Translations under genes and position numbers: made by a program
In this document: positions 48,448-56,852 of the stretch, piece by piece
Layout of the letters: each line of letters starts with the position of its first letter
Position numbering within the stretch: the stretch's first letter is position 1
The notes under the pieces: model-generated
Seen by the model: the letters and a program-made list of their open reading frames with translations, nothing else
Database searches by the model: none
What the model was told of the DNA's origin: nothing
Origin: a virus
Taxonomy: Duplodnaviria > Caudoviricetes
IMG/VR virus record: IMGVR_UViG_2974753081_000001
Span: 32,001 to 96,000 of that record
DNA: 64,000 bases
Reading direction: 5' to 3' (one strand)

Positions 48448-49572
48448 ATGAAGGTGGCCGACATCCAGCCGCTGCTGGAGCGCAACGAGCGCCACATCAC
48501 GGCTCGGTTGCACGACATCACGGTGGACGAGGGTGGCCGCGAGCTGCGGCTGGTGAGCGAGGACGGGACCGACGAGTCCTTCCCGCTCGACGAGGTGGCC
48601 GAGCGTCATCTCGGGCAGTACCTGGACGTCAGCCCGGTCTACCTGAAGAAGTGCCCGTCCACGCTGAAGGCCACCAACCTCAACTACTGGCTGCACCAAC
48701 AGGATCGCGAGCAGGGTGAGGCCACTCTCGTCGTCGGCCCGGACGGCATTGAGAACATCTACTCGCCGGACAAGACGGTCGTGGCCATCCCGCGCATCGC
48801 GGAGTTCATCCACCGCACGTTCAATGGCGAGGACGAGATCGTCAACCTGATCTCCGAGCCCGGTACGTTCCATGCCGACATCATGGTGAACTCGTCGCGC
48901 ATCGAGGTGCCCGGCAACGGTCTCGGCGACCGCCCGGACGAGACCGGGCGCATCACGCAGTTCGGCGCGGGCATCGATCCCCTGGACACCCCCGAGGAGC
49001 GCGAGCAGAAGCTGGCGCAGGCTCGGGCCACCCAGGTGTTCGACATCACCCACGGCGGCGTCCGGATCATCGCTGATCCCGGCAAGAGCAAGGCTCCGGT
49101 CGTCGAGCGGTACTTCAACCGGCTCATCTGCACCAACGGCATGACCATGCCGGTGCCGGATCACTCGATCACCGTGCGCGGCAAGACGGTCGATGAGGTC
49201 ATCCAGTCGATGGAGGAGGCGGCGGAGTTCCTGCTGGGGTCGATGGACGATGCCCTGGAGGAGTACAAGGCGCTGTCGGAGGTCATCGTGCCGGGCAACC
49301 CGCTGCTGTTCATCCAGCAGCTCGGTCGCGAGCAGGGGCTCCCCGATCGCATCATCCAGCAGGCGATGGACTACGCGGGCGGCGCGGGCTTCGGTCGCAC
49401 CGACAGGGACGTGACGTCGTTCGACGTGATGCAGATTTTCACCGGCCTGGCCAACCGCAGCGGCGTTCGGTACTCGACTCAGCGTCGGCTGCAGAACACC
49501 GCAGGTCTGTTCGTACATCGCGGAGACGACCTGCTGCATCGCTGCACTCAGTGCGAGCGCCCGCTGCTCTGA
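48448..49572 (+). CDS. DUF932-like protein
   Basis: 'RLICTNGM' signature. Confidence 0.65.
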   Translation: MKVADIQPLLERNERHITARLHDITVDEGGRELRLVSEDGTDESFPLDEVAERHLGQYLDVSPVYLKKCPSTLKATNLNYWLHQQDREQGEATLVVGPDGIENIYSPDKTVVAIPRIAEFIHRTFNGEDEIVNLISEPGTFHADIMVNSSRIEVPGNGLGDRPDETGRITQFGAGIDPLDTPEEREQKLAQARATQVFDITHGGVRIIADPGKSKAPVVERYFNRLICTNGMTMPVPDHSITVRGKTVDEVIQSMEEAAEFLLGSMDDALEEYKALSEVIVPGNPLLFIQQLGREQGLPDRIIQQAMDYAGGAGFGRTDRDVTSFDVMQIFTGLANRSGVRYSTQRRLQNTAGLFVHRGDDLLHRCTQCERPLL

Positions 49573-49579
49573 TCGGATT

Positions 49580-49609
49580 CCCCGGTCAGGTGTAACGATC
49601 TGGCCGGGG
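49580..49609 (+). terminator. hairpin after DUF932 gene
   Basis: CCCCGGTCAG/CTGGCCGGGG. Confidence 0.45.
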
Positions 49610-49735
49610 TAAGCGATACTCCTACCGACCCAGTGACTACCGGCGACACCCTCCACCCAACACATGCCGTCGGACTCGCGGGTCCGAACAACTGAATAGC
49701 GGGGCGCGTTCCTTAGCCGGGGGCGCGTCCGCAAT

Positions 49736-49808
49736 GCCCTGCTAGCTCACCGGACAGAGCAGCCGTTTCCTAGGCGGCGGGTACCAGGTTCGATTCCTGG
49801 GTGGGGCA
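49736..49808 (+). tRNA. tRNA-Arg(CCT)
   Basis: Acceptor GCCCTGC/GTGGGGC, D arm GCTC/GAGC, anticodon GCCGT-TTCCTAG-GCGGC, T arm CCAGG-TTCGATT-CCTGG; CCA not encoded. Confidence 0.9.
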
Positions 49809-49809
49809 C

Positions 49810-49919
49810 GGGGCGGTATTGGAGGAGTCATGACCTTCGTTCCGCCAGGGGCGCTCGGACGCGGGCGTGGCAAAGGAAGGACGAAATCCCGACGAGGTGG
49901 TTCGAATCCACCAGCCCCA
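49810..49919 (+). ncRNA. non-canonical tRNA-like RNA (T-arm and acceptor-like stem, long stem in place of anticodon arm)
   Basis: 5' GGGGC pairs with 3' GCCCC-A; perfect GGTGG-TTCGAAT-CCACC. Confidence 0.5.
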
Positions 49920-49968
49920 CGATGGCGAGCGAGGGCTCGTCACACTCCCCGACCAAAGGAAAAATCTC

Positions 49969-50406
49969 ATGGAGACCCGTACCCTGATCGAGCCGTCTGC
50001 TCAGGTCATCACCATCACCACCCTCAAGCCCGGCGACACCTACAAGCGCCTGGTGAAGAACTACTCCGACACCTACGACCTGCGCATCGGCGTGGTCACC
50101 GACGTGTTGAACAACGGCTCCGAGGCGGTCCTCACCGCGCTGGAGTTCTCTGGCAGCTACAGCACCGCCGAGGCCGAGCTGAAGGTGTTCGGCGGCGACA
50201 AGGACCTCGCGCTGTTCGCGACGACTCCCGAGGAGGTCGGGGTTTACCTCGATGACGTGAACGAGCGGGCTCACCAGATGGCGGAGTCCAAGCGGCGCGA
50301 GCTGGAGAAGGCCGAGGCCGTCGTGCGCGCGGTTGAGGACACCCTGGCGAGGGCACGCGGTGGTCAGCTGTCGGCTCCCGTGGTCGAGCGCCAGGTCGAG
50401 AGCTGA
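49969..50406 (+). CDS. hypothetical protein
   Basis: AAGGA RBS after CCCCGACCA. Confidence 0.7.
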   Translation: METRTLIEPSAQVITITTLKPGDTYKRLVKNYSDTYDLRIGVVTDVLNNGSEAVLTALEFSGSYSTAEAELKVFGGDKDLALFATTPEEVGVYLDDVNERAHQMAESKRRELEKAEAVVRAVEDTLARARGGQLSAPVVERQVES

Positions 50407-50756
50407 TGCCCACGCCCTACGATGCCGCCCGTGCGGAACGTGTGGCCGATCTGACGAGGCAGGGCCTGAAGGCTCACGTCATCGCCGATCGTCTCGGCAT
50501 CACCGTCCGCACGGTCCGGCGGGACCGGGCTCGCACCGGGACTTCGCGCGAGGTGCCGCGTCGGCTCTCCGAGGAGCAGGTGAGTCGCGCGCTGTCGATG
50601 CTGCAGGACGGCTGCGCCTACATCGAGGTCAGTCGCACGCTCGGCATTCCGACCAAGACGCTGCGGCAGCGGTTCCCCGGCTACGGCATGGAGTCCGGCT
50701 GGGACTGGGCGCATCAGCTGCGCGGCATCGGCAAGTACCGACAGGAGGCGTCGTGA
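50406..50756 (+). CDS. tandem helix-turn-helix DNA-binding protein
   Basis: 'IADRLGITVRTVRR' and 'EVSRTLGIPTKTLR'. Confidence 0.75.
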   Translation: MPTPYDAARAERVADLTRQGLKAHVIADRLGITVRTVRRDRARTGTSREVPRRLSEEQVSRALSMLQDGCAYIEVSRTLGIPTKTLRQRFPGYGMESGWDWAHQLRGIGKYRQEAS

Positions 50757-51052
50757 ACAAGGACCCGTTCGAGAACCACCACGAGATCGAGGTGCGCGTG
50801 GCGCTGAAGGGCGAGAAGTCGGCCATGCTCTCTTCGCGGCAGCTCATCTATGCCTCGGTGGAGGTCTCCGACATCGAGCTGATCCAGCGGTTCACCTACG
50901 TGCTCTCCCAGATGACCATCGAGGTGGAGAACGCGCTGCGAGCCAAGATCGGACTGCCCTCGCTGTCGCAGGCGGAGCGGATGGAGTACGAGCGGCAAGC
51001 CTACGAGCGCACGGCACAGCTCCAGCGCCTGCGGGGCAGGGGGATGGTCTGA
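50753..51052 (+). CDS. hypothetical protein
   Basis: AGGAGG RBS, GTGA overlap. Confidence 0.6.
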   Translation: MNKDPFENHHEIEVRVALKGEKSAMLSSRQLIYASVEVSDIELIQRFTYVLSQMTIEVENALRAKIGLPSLSQAERMEYERQAYERTAQLQRLRGRGMV

Positions 51053-51258
51053 TGGCGCTCGGCGAGATGCCTCGCACTCCAGTGTGGATGGCGGTCCACA
51101 CCCATCGGTCCGGTCGGACGACGGTCTCGGTGGGGTACTCCAAGGCGACCGAGGTCGATGTGCAGTACGCGCCGTGGTGGCCCAACGAGGTCAGCCGGAC
51201 GCTGTACAACTACGAGGACGGCTTGCCTGTCCCGCAGATGGGATGGGGGCGCGAGTGA
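51052..51258 (+). CDS. hypothetical protein
   Basis: TGATG overlap. Confidence 0.55.
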   Translation: MALGEMPRTPVWMAVHTHRSGRTTVSVGYSKATEVDVQYAPWWPNEVSRTLYNYEDGLPVPQMGWGRE

Positions 51259-51434
51259 GGCTGCATCGGATCAAGGTAAGACGACCGAGCATCTATCCGC
51301 CGGTCTGGATCAACCACGGCCCCGGCATCGTCCGGCTGGACGAGGCGAACTGGCGCACCTTCAACGGCATCGGGTGGAAGTGGGGCACCTACACCTACTG
51401 GCTGTCCATTCGGTCTGAGGACGGGGTGCTCTGA
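51255..51434 (+). CDS. hypothetical protein
   Basis: GTGA overlap. Confidence 0.5.
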   Translation: MRLHRIKVRRPSIYPPVWINHGPGIVRLDEANWRTFNGIGWKWGTYTYWLSIRSEDGVL

Positions 51435-51685
51435 TGGACCCGGTCCTGTTCCTGCTGCTCTACGGTCTCGGCGTGCTTGTCGAGGCGCTGTACCTGTACT
51501 GGCCGCTGCTGTTCGGCTCGAAAGAAAATCGCGAATCTACTCGCTTGGACTACGAGTCGGTCGCCCACTCCGACGACTGGGTGCTCATCCACGCGGTCAT
51601 CTGGCTGACCTCGGTCACGTTCCCGGTGATCTGGGCGGTGACTTTGGTCGTATTCGCCAAGCGAGTCCTGAAAGGGAAGCCATGA
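51434..51685 (+). CDS. two-TM membrane protein
   Basis: Two hydrophobic segments, basic C-terminus. Confidence 0.6.
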   Translation: MDPVLFLLLYGLGVLVEALYLYWPLLFGSKENRESTRLDYESVAHSDDWVLIHAVIWLTSVTFPVIWAVTLVVFAKRVLKGKP

Positions 51686-51710
51686 ACCAGTCATCCGAGG
51701 GGATGGATCA

Positions 51711-52562
51711 ATGACGACGACAGATCAACTGAGGGCCGCGAGGGCGGTCCTGGAGGCGGCGGGCTACGTCGTTCTCAAGAAAAAATCTTACGACGACATC
51801 CAGCGCAAGCGTCAGCGAGCCGAGACGCTGCTGGCGGCTGAGAGGGATCACCAGAAGAGCCTCTACGCCTGGATGAGCCAGCACTTCGAGGAGGAGCGTC
51901 GGCTGCGGGAGCGGCTGGTGTTCGTCTACGGCGTGGCGCGGGCTCACGGGGCACCGGTCGCGGAGCTGCACTCCCCCGAGGGAGCGATCCAGCAGGCTGA
52001 GGACGCCAACGGCGGCATCATCACCGAGATCACCATCTCCGATCTCATCATCAGGAGCCTCAGCGCGGCGGTCTACGAGGACTACGTCGATGAGGAGACG
52101 GGCGACGAGCTGTGCCGGGTGGTGCCGGGCACCGAGGACTTCGGTCTGGTGGAGCTGTTCGTCCCCGTGGAGAGTATGGGCCTGATCTCTTTCAACAAGC
52201 CGGTCGACCTGACGGTGAAGGTGGCCCAGCCCGAGTCTCGTGACATCCGGAAGGTGGAGGCCCCTGAGGCCACTTTCGACTACGGGGATGTGGAGGTCGG
52301 CACGGGAGCGCCGGACCCCAACGTCGACTTCAACGTGACCGTCACCGAGCCGGAGCAGGCAGCTGAGTATCCCGGCGTGGCCTCCAAGGACATCACGAAG
52401 ATGGAGTCACCGGCCTATCACCCCGAGCCCCAGCCCTGCACCCCGGAGCACGAGGACGAGCAGAAGGCTGACCCCGTGGCCCAGGAGACGTCGATGTTCG
52501 AGTTCGATGACATCCGTTTCGATGATGACGACGACTTCGAGAAGGAGGCCAGTGATGACTGA
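51711..52562 (+). CDS. hypothetical protein with acidic C-terminal tail
   Basis: 283 aa ORF. Confidence 0.65.
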   Translation: MTTTDQLRAARAVLEAAGYVVLKKKSYDDIQRKRQRAETLLAAERDHQKSLYAWMSQHFEEERRLRERLVFVYGVARAHGAPVAELHSPEGAIQQAEDANGGIITEITISDLIIRSLSAAVYEDYVDEETGDELCRVVPGTEDFGLVELFVPVESMGLISFNKPVDLTVKVAQPESRDIRKVEAPEATFDYGDVEVGTGAPDPNVDFNVTVTEPEQAAEYPGVASKDITKMESPAYHPEPQPCTPEHEDEQKADPVAQETSMFEFDDIRFDDDDDFEKEASDD

Positions 52563-52755
52563 GGTGACGCGGTTCGAGGTCGGGCAGACGGTCCTCACCC
52601 CCATCGGCAGGAGAGCGACGATCGTGCGTGGGCCGTATCGCAAGTACGGCGAGGACTGCTACGACATCGTCCAGCCCACCGATCTCGGGGAGCCTGCCCG
52701 CTACACCCATCGCTACTTCGCCCGTCAGCTCAGGGCGGCAGGAGACGACGGATGA
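52555..52755 (+). CDS. small SH3/KOW-like hypothetical protein
   Basis: 'RFEVGQTVL...ATIV'; AGGAGG RBS. Confidence 0.55.
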   Translation: MTEVTRFEVGQTVLTPIGRRATIVRGPYRKYGEDCYDIVQPTDLGEPARYTHRYFARQLRAAGDDG

Positions 52756-53000
52756 ATATGCTGCGCCTGAATCTGCCGAAGGGGAAGTGGAACAACCCAG
52801 ATATTCCGGAACGCGCCCTGCTGGTATCCCCTGGCTCCATCGTGGCCCTGGAAACGCTCAACCCTGATGTGACGGTGGTCCATGTGCAGGGGTATCGGTG
52901 GACGGTAATGCACTCGGTGGCTGCGATAGAGGCGATGCTCCAGGAGGCAGAGAAGTACGAACTGTACTCCCAGATCACCCGAGAACACCCCCTGAAGTAA
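52752..53000 (+). CDS. hypothetical protein
   Basis: ATGA overlap. Confidence 0.55.
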   Translation: MNMLRLNLPKGKWNNPDIPERALLVSPGSIVALETLNPDVTVVHVQGYRWTVMHSVAAIEAMLQEAEKYELYSQITREHPLK

Positions 53001-53018
53001 AAAACCGACATCGAGGAA

Positions 53019-53088
53019 GTGTTGACACTACGTCTGCCCAGTCGGCCACTGTCCTTCGCACGCTGGGTGACCAGCGTAGTGTTAACAC
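53019..53088. promoter_or_regulatory. inverted repeat containing the GTAGTGTTAACAC operator-like motif
   Basis: GTGTTGACACTACG ... CGTAGTGTTAACAC; includes TTGACA. Confidence 0.55.
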
Positions 53089-53138
53089 GAACCCCGACAG
53101 ATTCTCTCGACAAATTATTGACAAGGACGTGACAAGCA

Positions 53139-53627
53139 ATGCAGCACCCTAATCTCGGTGAACAGGCGTTTCTCGGGCGAAATCAGAACTCTGTGCCCGA
53201 TTTGAGTCGTCTCGGCTCTGCGGCCTCAGACGTCAATCCGATCACTGGTCATGACCCAGGGCAGCTGACTCCTACCGAGCGCAATCTGTGTGAGGCGGCG
53301 GCGATGCAGCTGAACCAGCGATGGATGCACAAGACCTACGATCCGGACTCCCCGGACTCGGTCTGGGACCAGTTCGCCAACGAGGCTCGCAACCAGTTCG
53401 CTGAGATCGGGTTCGTCATCGACATCATGTGGTCGGAGATTCAGGCGGACGGCCTGCCCGGCACTGCGGCCATCCCTCAGATCACGGTGATCGGACGGAC
53501 TGACCGGCACGAGACCGACCATGAACGTATTCAGCACGAGGTGCGCAAGGGCCTGCTGGACGGCAAGGAGGGTGTCATCCGGGAGGACGGCACGTGGGCC
53601 GAGTCGGCGAAGCGGACGCAGCTATGA
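53139..53627 (+). CDS. hypothetical protein
   Basis: 162 aa ORF. Confidence 0.65.
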   Translation: MQHPNLGEQAFLGRNQNSVPDLSRLGSAASDVNPITGHDPGQLTPTERNLCEAAAMQLNQRWMHKTYDPDSPDSVWDQFANEARNQFAEIGFVIDIMWSEIQADGLPGTAAIPQITVIGRTDRHETDHERIQHEVRKGLLDGKEGVIREDGTWAESAKRTQL

Positions 53628-53806
53628 GCGTTCGTCGTCGTCAGATGAGGCACTGGCCCTACGTCCACCGCACGTGGTCCTGGGGCAGGGTCTACCGCGT
53701 CCTCAACGTCTCCGCGACGCCCCGACGGGTGACCTGGATGTTGCACTGTTCGTGGGATCGCAGGATCAACGCTCTGCGGTTCTCTGTGATGGAAGTGGCT
53801 CGATAG
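53624..53806 (+). CDS. small basic hypothetical protein
   Basis: ATGA overlap. Confidence 0.4.
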   Translation: MSVRRRQMRHWPYVHRTWSWGRVYRVLNVSATPRRVTWMLHCSWDRRINALRFSVMEVAR

Positions 53807-53856
53807 GAAGACCGACGAGCAGTAACGATTCCCGACCAAGGAGCGATGTACATCCC

Positions 53857-54057
53857 ATGAGCGATCAAATGCACACCAAGGCGTGGTTCACCGGAGCTGC
53901 CACGGGTAGCGCGGATAACGCCGATGACGAGTGGCGGGACTTCAGGCTCGACGGCGAGCGCGCTATCGAGGTGTCGTTTCTGGTGCCCGATTCGGCCATC
54001 GATGGGGTCCGCAAGCTGCTGAACGAGCGCGGCACGCTCACCTTCGCCAAGGCGTAA
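53857..54057 (+). CDS. hypothetical protein
   Basis: CCCGACCAAGGAG upstream. Confidence 0.55.
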   Translation: MSDQMHTKAWFTGAATGSADNADDEWRDFRLDGERAIEVSFLVPDSAIDGVRKLLNERGTLTFAKA

Positions 54058-54197
54058 CGGAGCGAGGGCTCCGAGCGATGTACCCAGTAGGTCGAACTCG
54101 CGGTAACGATCTGGGAGAGCGTGCTAGGCGAGTATTGGGCACGCTTGCGGTCAACCTCTCCCGGATGACCTACACATAATTTTTCCTGAGGAGGATC

Positions 54198-54458
54198 ATG
54201 ACCGTCCCAGACAACGAGCTGATCGACCGGCTGCGCAAGCGGTACACCGTCGCTACGCCTCCGCCCTGCTCGGTCTGTGGCGCAGAGCTGCGGATCAGTT
54301 CGATGGGTGGCGGTCGGCAGACGTGGGCGTGCTCCACGACGCTCAGCAACGTCTCGGACGGTGGGCTGAAGCACTACGCCCAGAGCCAGTGGACGTGTGT
54401 GGTCGGCGACCCGGACGTCATCGAGCTGATCTCTCGCTACCAGGCGTCGGCGTCGTGA
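54198..54458 (+). CDS. zinc-ribbon hypothetical protein
   Basis: CSVCG...WAC; GAGGAGG RBS. Confidence 0.65.
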   Translation: MTVPDNELIDRLRKRYTVATPPPCSVCGAELRISSMGGGRQTWACSTTLSNVSDGGLKHYAQSQWTCVVGDPDVIELISRYQASAS

Positions 54459-54829
54459 GTAGCGGACAGCTGCCTCGGTGGCCGCAGTTTTTTCCGAAGA
54501 TGAAGGTGCGAGGCAAGGGGCGTCTCCCTCGGACCCGCGTTGTCATATCTGGCGAGCTAATGGCGATCTATGACGAGGCTCTCCGGCTTGTTCGGGACAT
54601 CAACATCGAGTGTTTCGGAGTGGACCACGTCGAGATCGCTCCGAAGTACGAGGGCCTGTATCAGCACGCCGATTACCGATACGAAAGGCATCAGGTGGTG
54701 GTGTCCCCCTCGCTGCCCGTAGGCCACAGCATCGCTCTGCCATTCTGTCTCGACTGCGGCGGTGAGAGCTGCCAGGTCTATCACTCCAACCCCTCTGAAG
54801 GAGACTCCGATGGCACGGCCACTGGATAA
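54455..54829 (+). CDS. hypothetical protein
   Basis: GTGA overlap; C-terminal CLDC..C..H. Confidence 0.5.
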   Translation: MSSGQLPRWPQFFPKMKVRGKGRLPRTRVVISGELMAIYDEALRLVRDINIECFGVDHVEIAPKYEGLYQHADYRYERHQVVVSPSLPVGHSIALPFCLDCGGESCQVYHSNPSEGDSDGTATG

Positions 54830-55037
54830 GCCCCCGGTCCGGCCCAACGTCATCCTCGAAGAGGAGACGGCGCAGATGCTGTACGACATCTGCAAGGCGC
54901 GCGGCGACACGGTGACCACCACGGTGCGCCGGGCGATCCGTCTGCTGCACGCCATCGAGAAAGAAAATCGGGAGGGCAACCAGCTCGCCATCGAGGCTCC
55001 CGATGGACGCATCATCGGAAAGGTAGTGGTGCTGTGA
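54810..55037 (+). CDS. ribbon-helix-helix (CopG-like) DNA-binding protein
   Basis: 'RPNVILEEETAQMLYDICKARGDTVTTTVRRAI'. Confidence 0.6.
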   Translation: MARPLDKPPVRPNVILEEETAQMLYDICKARGDTVTTTVRRAIRLLHAIEKENREGNQLAIEAPDGRIIGKVVVL

Positions 55038-55339
55038 CCGAGGCACACCGGTTCACCGTTCGTCGGCAGGACGGGATCAACCCGCCCCCGAACACTCCCT
55101 GCGCTGTCTGCGGGCTCACCCGTGCTGCCCACGACGACCCGAACAACGGTCCGCTCAACGTGCGCGATGCTTACCGTGAGCTGCAGGTGGCCCGGACGCT
55201 CGCACGCATCCTCTATCAGCTCGACGCCGCCCCCGGCTCTGCCGAGTGGGACTACGCCCTGGAGCCGGTACGTGACACGTATCTGCGGCGCGCTCGCGCT
55301 GTCGTCCGGCACCCCGAGATCAAGGTGGACTTCCCGTGA
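55034..55339 (+). CDS. hypothetical protein
   Basis: CAVCG..H; coupled. Confidence 0.55.
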   Translation: MTEAHRFTVRRQDGINPPPNTPCAVCGLTRAAHDDPNNGPLNVRDAYRELQVARTLARILYQLDAAPGSAEWDYALEPVRDTYLRRARAVVRHPEIKVDFP

Positions 55340-55569
55340 CGATGGCCGACGGCTTCGAGGCGATGGGTGACGAGGTCAGACGGCCCCGTCCGCTGAAGGT
55401 CTATGCGTTGTGGAGGCAGGCGCGCGAGACGCTCGACATCCCCGGCGTCTCCCCTACGCTGCTGGCCCTGTTCGCCAGCGAGGACTCAGCGCAGGATAAG
55501 TGCCGTGCGTACAACAAGCGCCTGCGCTTCACGGCGCACTGGGTGACTGTGATCGAGGTGGAGCAGTGA
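55336..55569 (+). CDS. hypothetical protein
   Basis: GTGA overlap. Confidence 0.55.
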   Translation: MTMADGFEAMGDEVRRPRPLKVYALWRQARETLDIPGVSPTLLALFASEDSAQDKCRAYNKRLRFTAHWVTVIEVEQ

Positions 55570-55800
55570 TCGGCGCGGGTACGAGATTTTTTGTCGGCAT
55601 CGCAGACAAGGTGCTGCGGCGGCGCACCCCCGAACGGGACGTCGATCGGTTCCTGGAGGAGCTGAGCGCCAGGCCGCGCACCATCGCGTGCAACTACTGC
55701 CCCTCCCCGTTCGAGTGGAATGGTGGAGCGCAATGATCCGAAGCTGCGGCAGCTGCTGGTCGAGCACCTGAAGGACTTCCATGAGGAGTGGTACCGGTGA
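55566..55800 (+). pseudogene. C2H2 zinc-finger gene split by a +1 frameshift
   Basis: CNYC in frame 0 (stop 55736); HLKDFH in the +1 frame (55720-55800). Confidence 0.45.
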
Positions 55801-56222
55801 AGGCGTTCATTGTGGTCGACCCCTGCCAGGACTACGACGAAATCCCCCACAACGTCGCTGTGCTCCCCACCCTCGACGAGGCGATGGGTGCGTTGCCCGA
55901 GCTGAGACACCTGCTGGACACGGTGCGCGGTCGCAACGGCTACCACAACCAGCCCGCCAACGAGCTGTGCCTGGACATCCAGGAGTGGGACGGCGTGCGG
56001 CATGTCTGCACCACCTCGGTCTACGACGACGGGCGCGTCAAGAACGTCGAGGTCCATCTCACCGACGGCGAGCAGCGTGCGCTCATGGAGGAGCACAGGC
56101 GCATTGCTGATGAGATGGCCGAGGCGCGTAAGAGGTCGGCGCGGTCGGAACTTCCTCACCTGAAGTCCGGTGAGAGTGCGGTGCGGGGGTTGGGGAGGAT
56201 CGGCGGGGAGGCTGAGAAATGA
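55797..56222 (+). CDS. hypothetical protein
   Basis: GAGGAG RBS; GTGA overlap. Confidence 0.6.
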   Translation: MKAFIVVDPCQDYDEIPHNVAVLPTLDEAMGALPELRHLLDTVRGRNGYHNQPANELCLDIQEWDGVRHVCTTSVYDDGRVKNVEVHLTDGEQRALMEEHRRIADEMAEARKRSARSELPHLKSGESAVRGLGRIGGEAEK

Positions 56223-56323
56223 GGGATGGTCTGAGGGTCCTAGCGGTCATCGTGCCGATCTGGATACTGATGTTCGTCACGGTCGTCCTCATCGTTATGT
56301 ACGCGGAGCCAGCATGTGGGTGA
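56219..56323 (+). CDS. 34-aa single-TM microprotein
   Basis: MRDGLRVLAVIVPIWILMFVTVVLIVMYAEPACG; ATGA overlap. Confidence 0.5.
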   Translation: MRDGLRVLAVIVPIWILMFVTVVLIVMYAEPACG

Positions 56324-56634
56324 AGAAGGCCCCCGAGGCTCCGGCGCACGCCTGCGACAAGCCGATGGCCCGGCTGATGGTCCGGCCTCCGCGCACCAAC
56401 GGTCGCGGCGAGGTCGTCATGCCGGTGCGACCCAAGGTCCCCGTCGGCCCGCCTATCCCCGACGGGAAGGTCGGCGACGTCTGGCTCTGCGACGAGTGCC
56501 TGACGGTCTGGAAGGTTGGGCAGGAGATCGGCCCTCGGACCTACCCGTACACGCCCGGCGCGCTCCGGCCCGTGTGGCGACGTGCCGGTTGGTGGACGAC
56601 CCGCAAGGCCCGACGGGCGGTGGGGACAGCATGA
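56314..56634 (+). CDS. hypothetical protein (CDEC)
   Basis: GGAG RBS. Confidence 0.55.
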   Translation: MWVKKAPEAPAHACDKPMARLMVRPPRTNGRGEVVMPVRPKVPVGPPIPDGKVGDVWLCDECLTVWKVGQEIGPRTYPYTPGALRPVWRRAGWWTTRKARRAVGTA

Positions 56635-56852
56635 CTTTCGACCGGTACGCACCGGCCTGGGTGACCGATGACATCGCGCACGTGGGTTCCTGGAAGGTCA
56701 TCGACCTACGAACGGGTGAGGCCGTGCGGAACTACAAGGGTTCGGTGCGGCTGGGCGGCATCGACACCGCCAAGAACCTGGCGGACGCACTGAACCGGGG
56801 CGACATCGAGCCGAAGTTCGGCACCGAGACGATTGTGGAGGAAGAGCAGTGA
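56631..56852 (+). CDS. hypothetical protein
   Basis: ATGA overlap. Confidence 0.6.
   Translation: MTFDRYAPAWVTDDIAHVGSWKVIDLRTGEAVRNYKGSVRLGGIDTAKNLADALNRGDIEPKFGTETIVEEEQ

Noticed and set aside
49810-49919. Complete tmRNA gene
   Set aside because: It is only about 110 nt, with no tag reading frame or pseudoknots and no G3-U70 alanine determinant. Kept only as a tRNA-like RNA.
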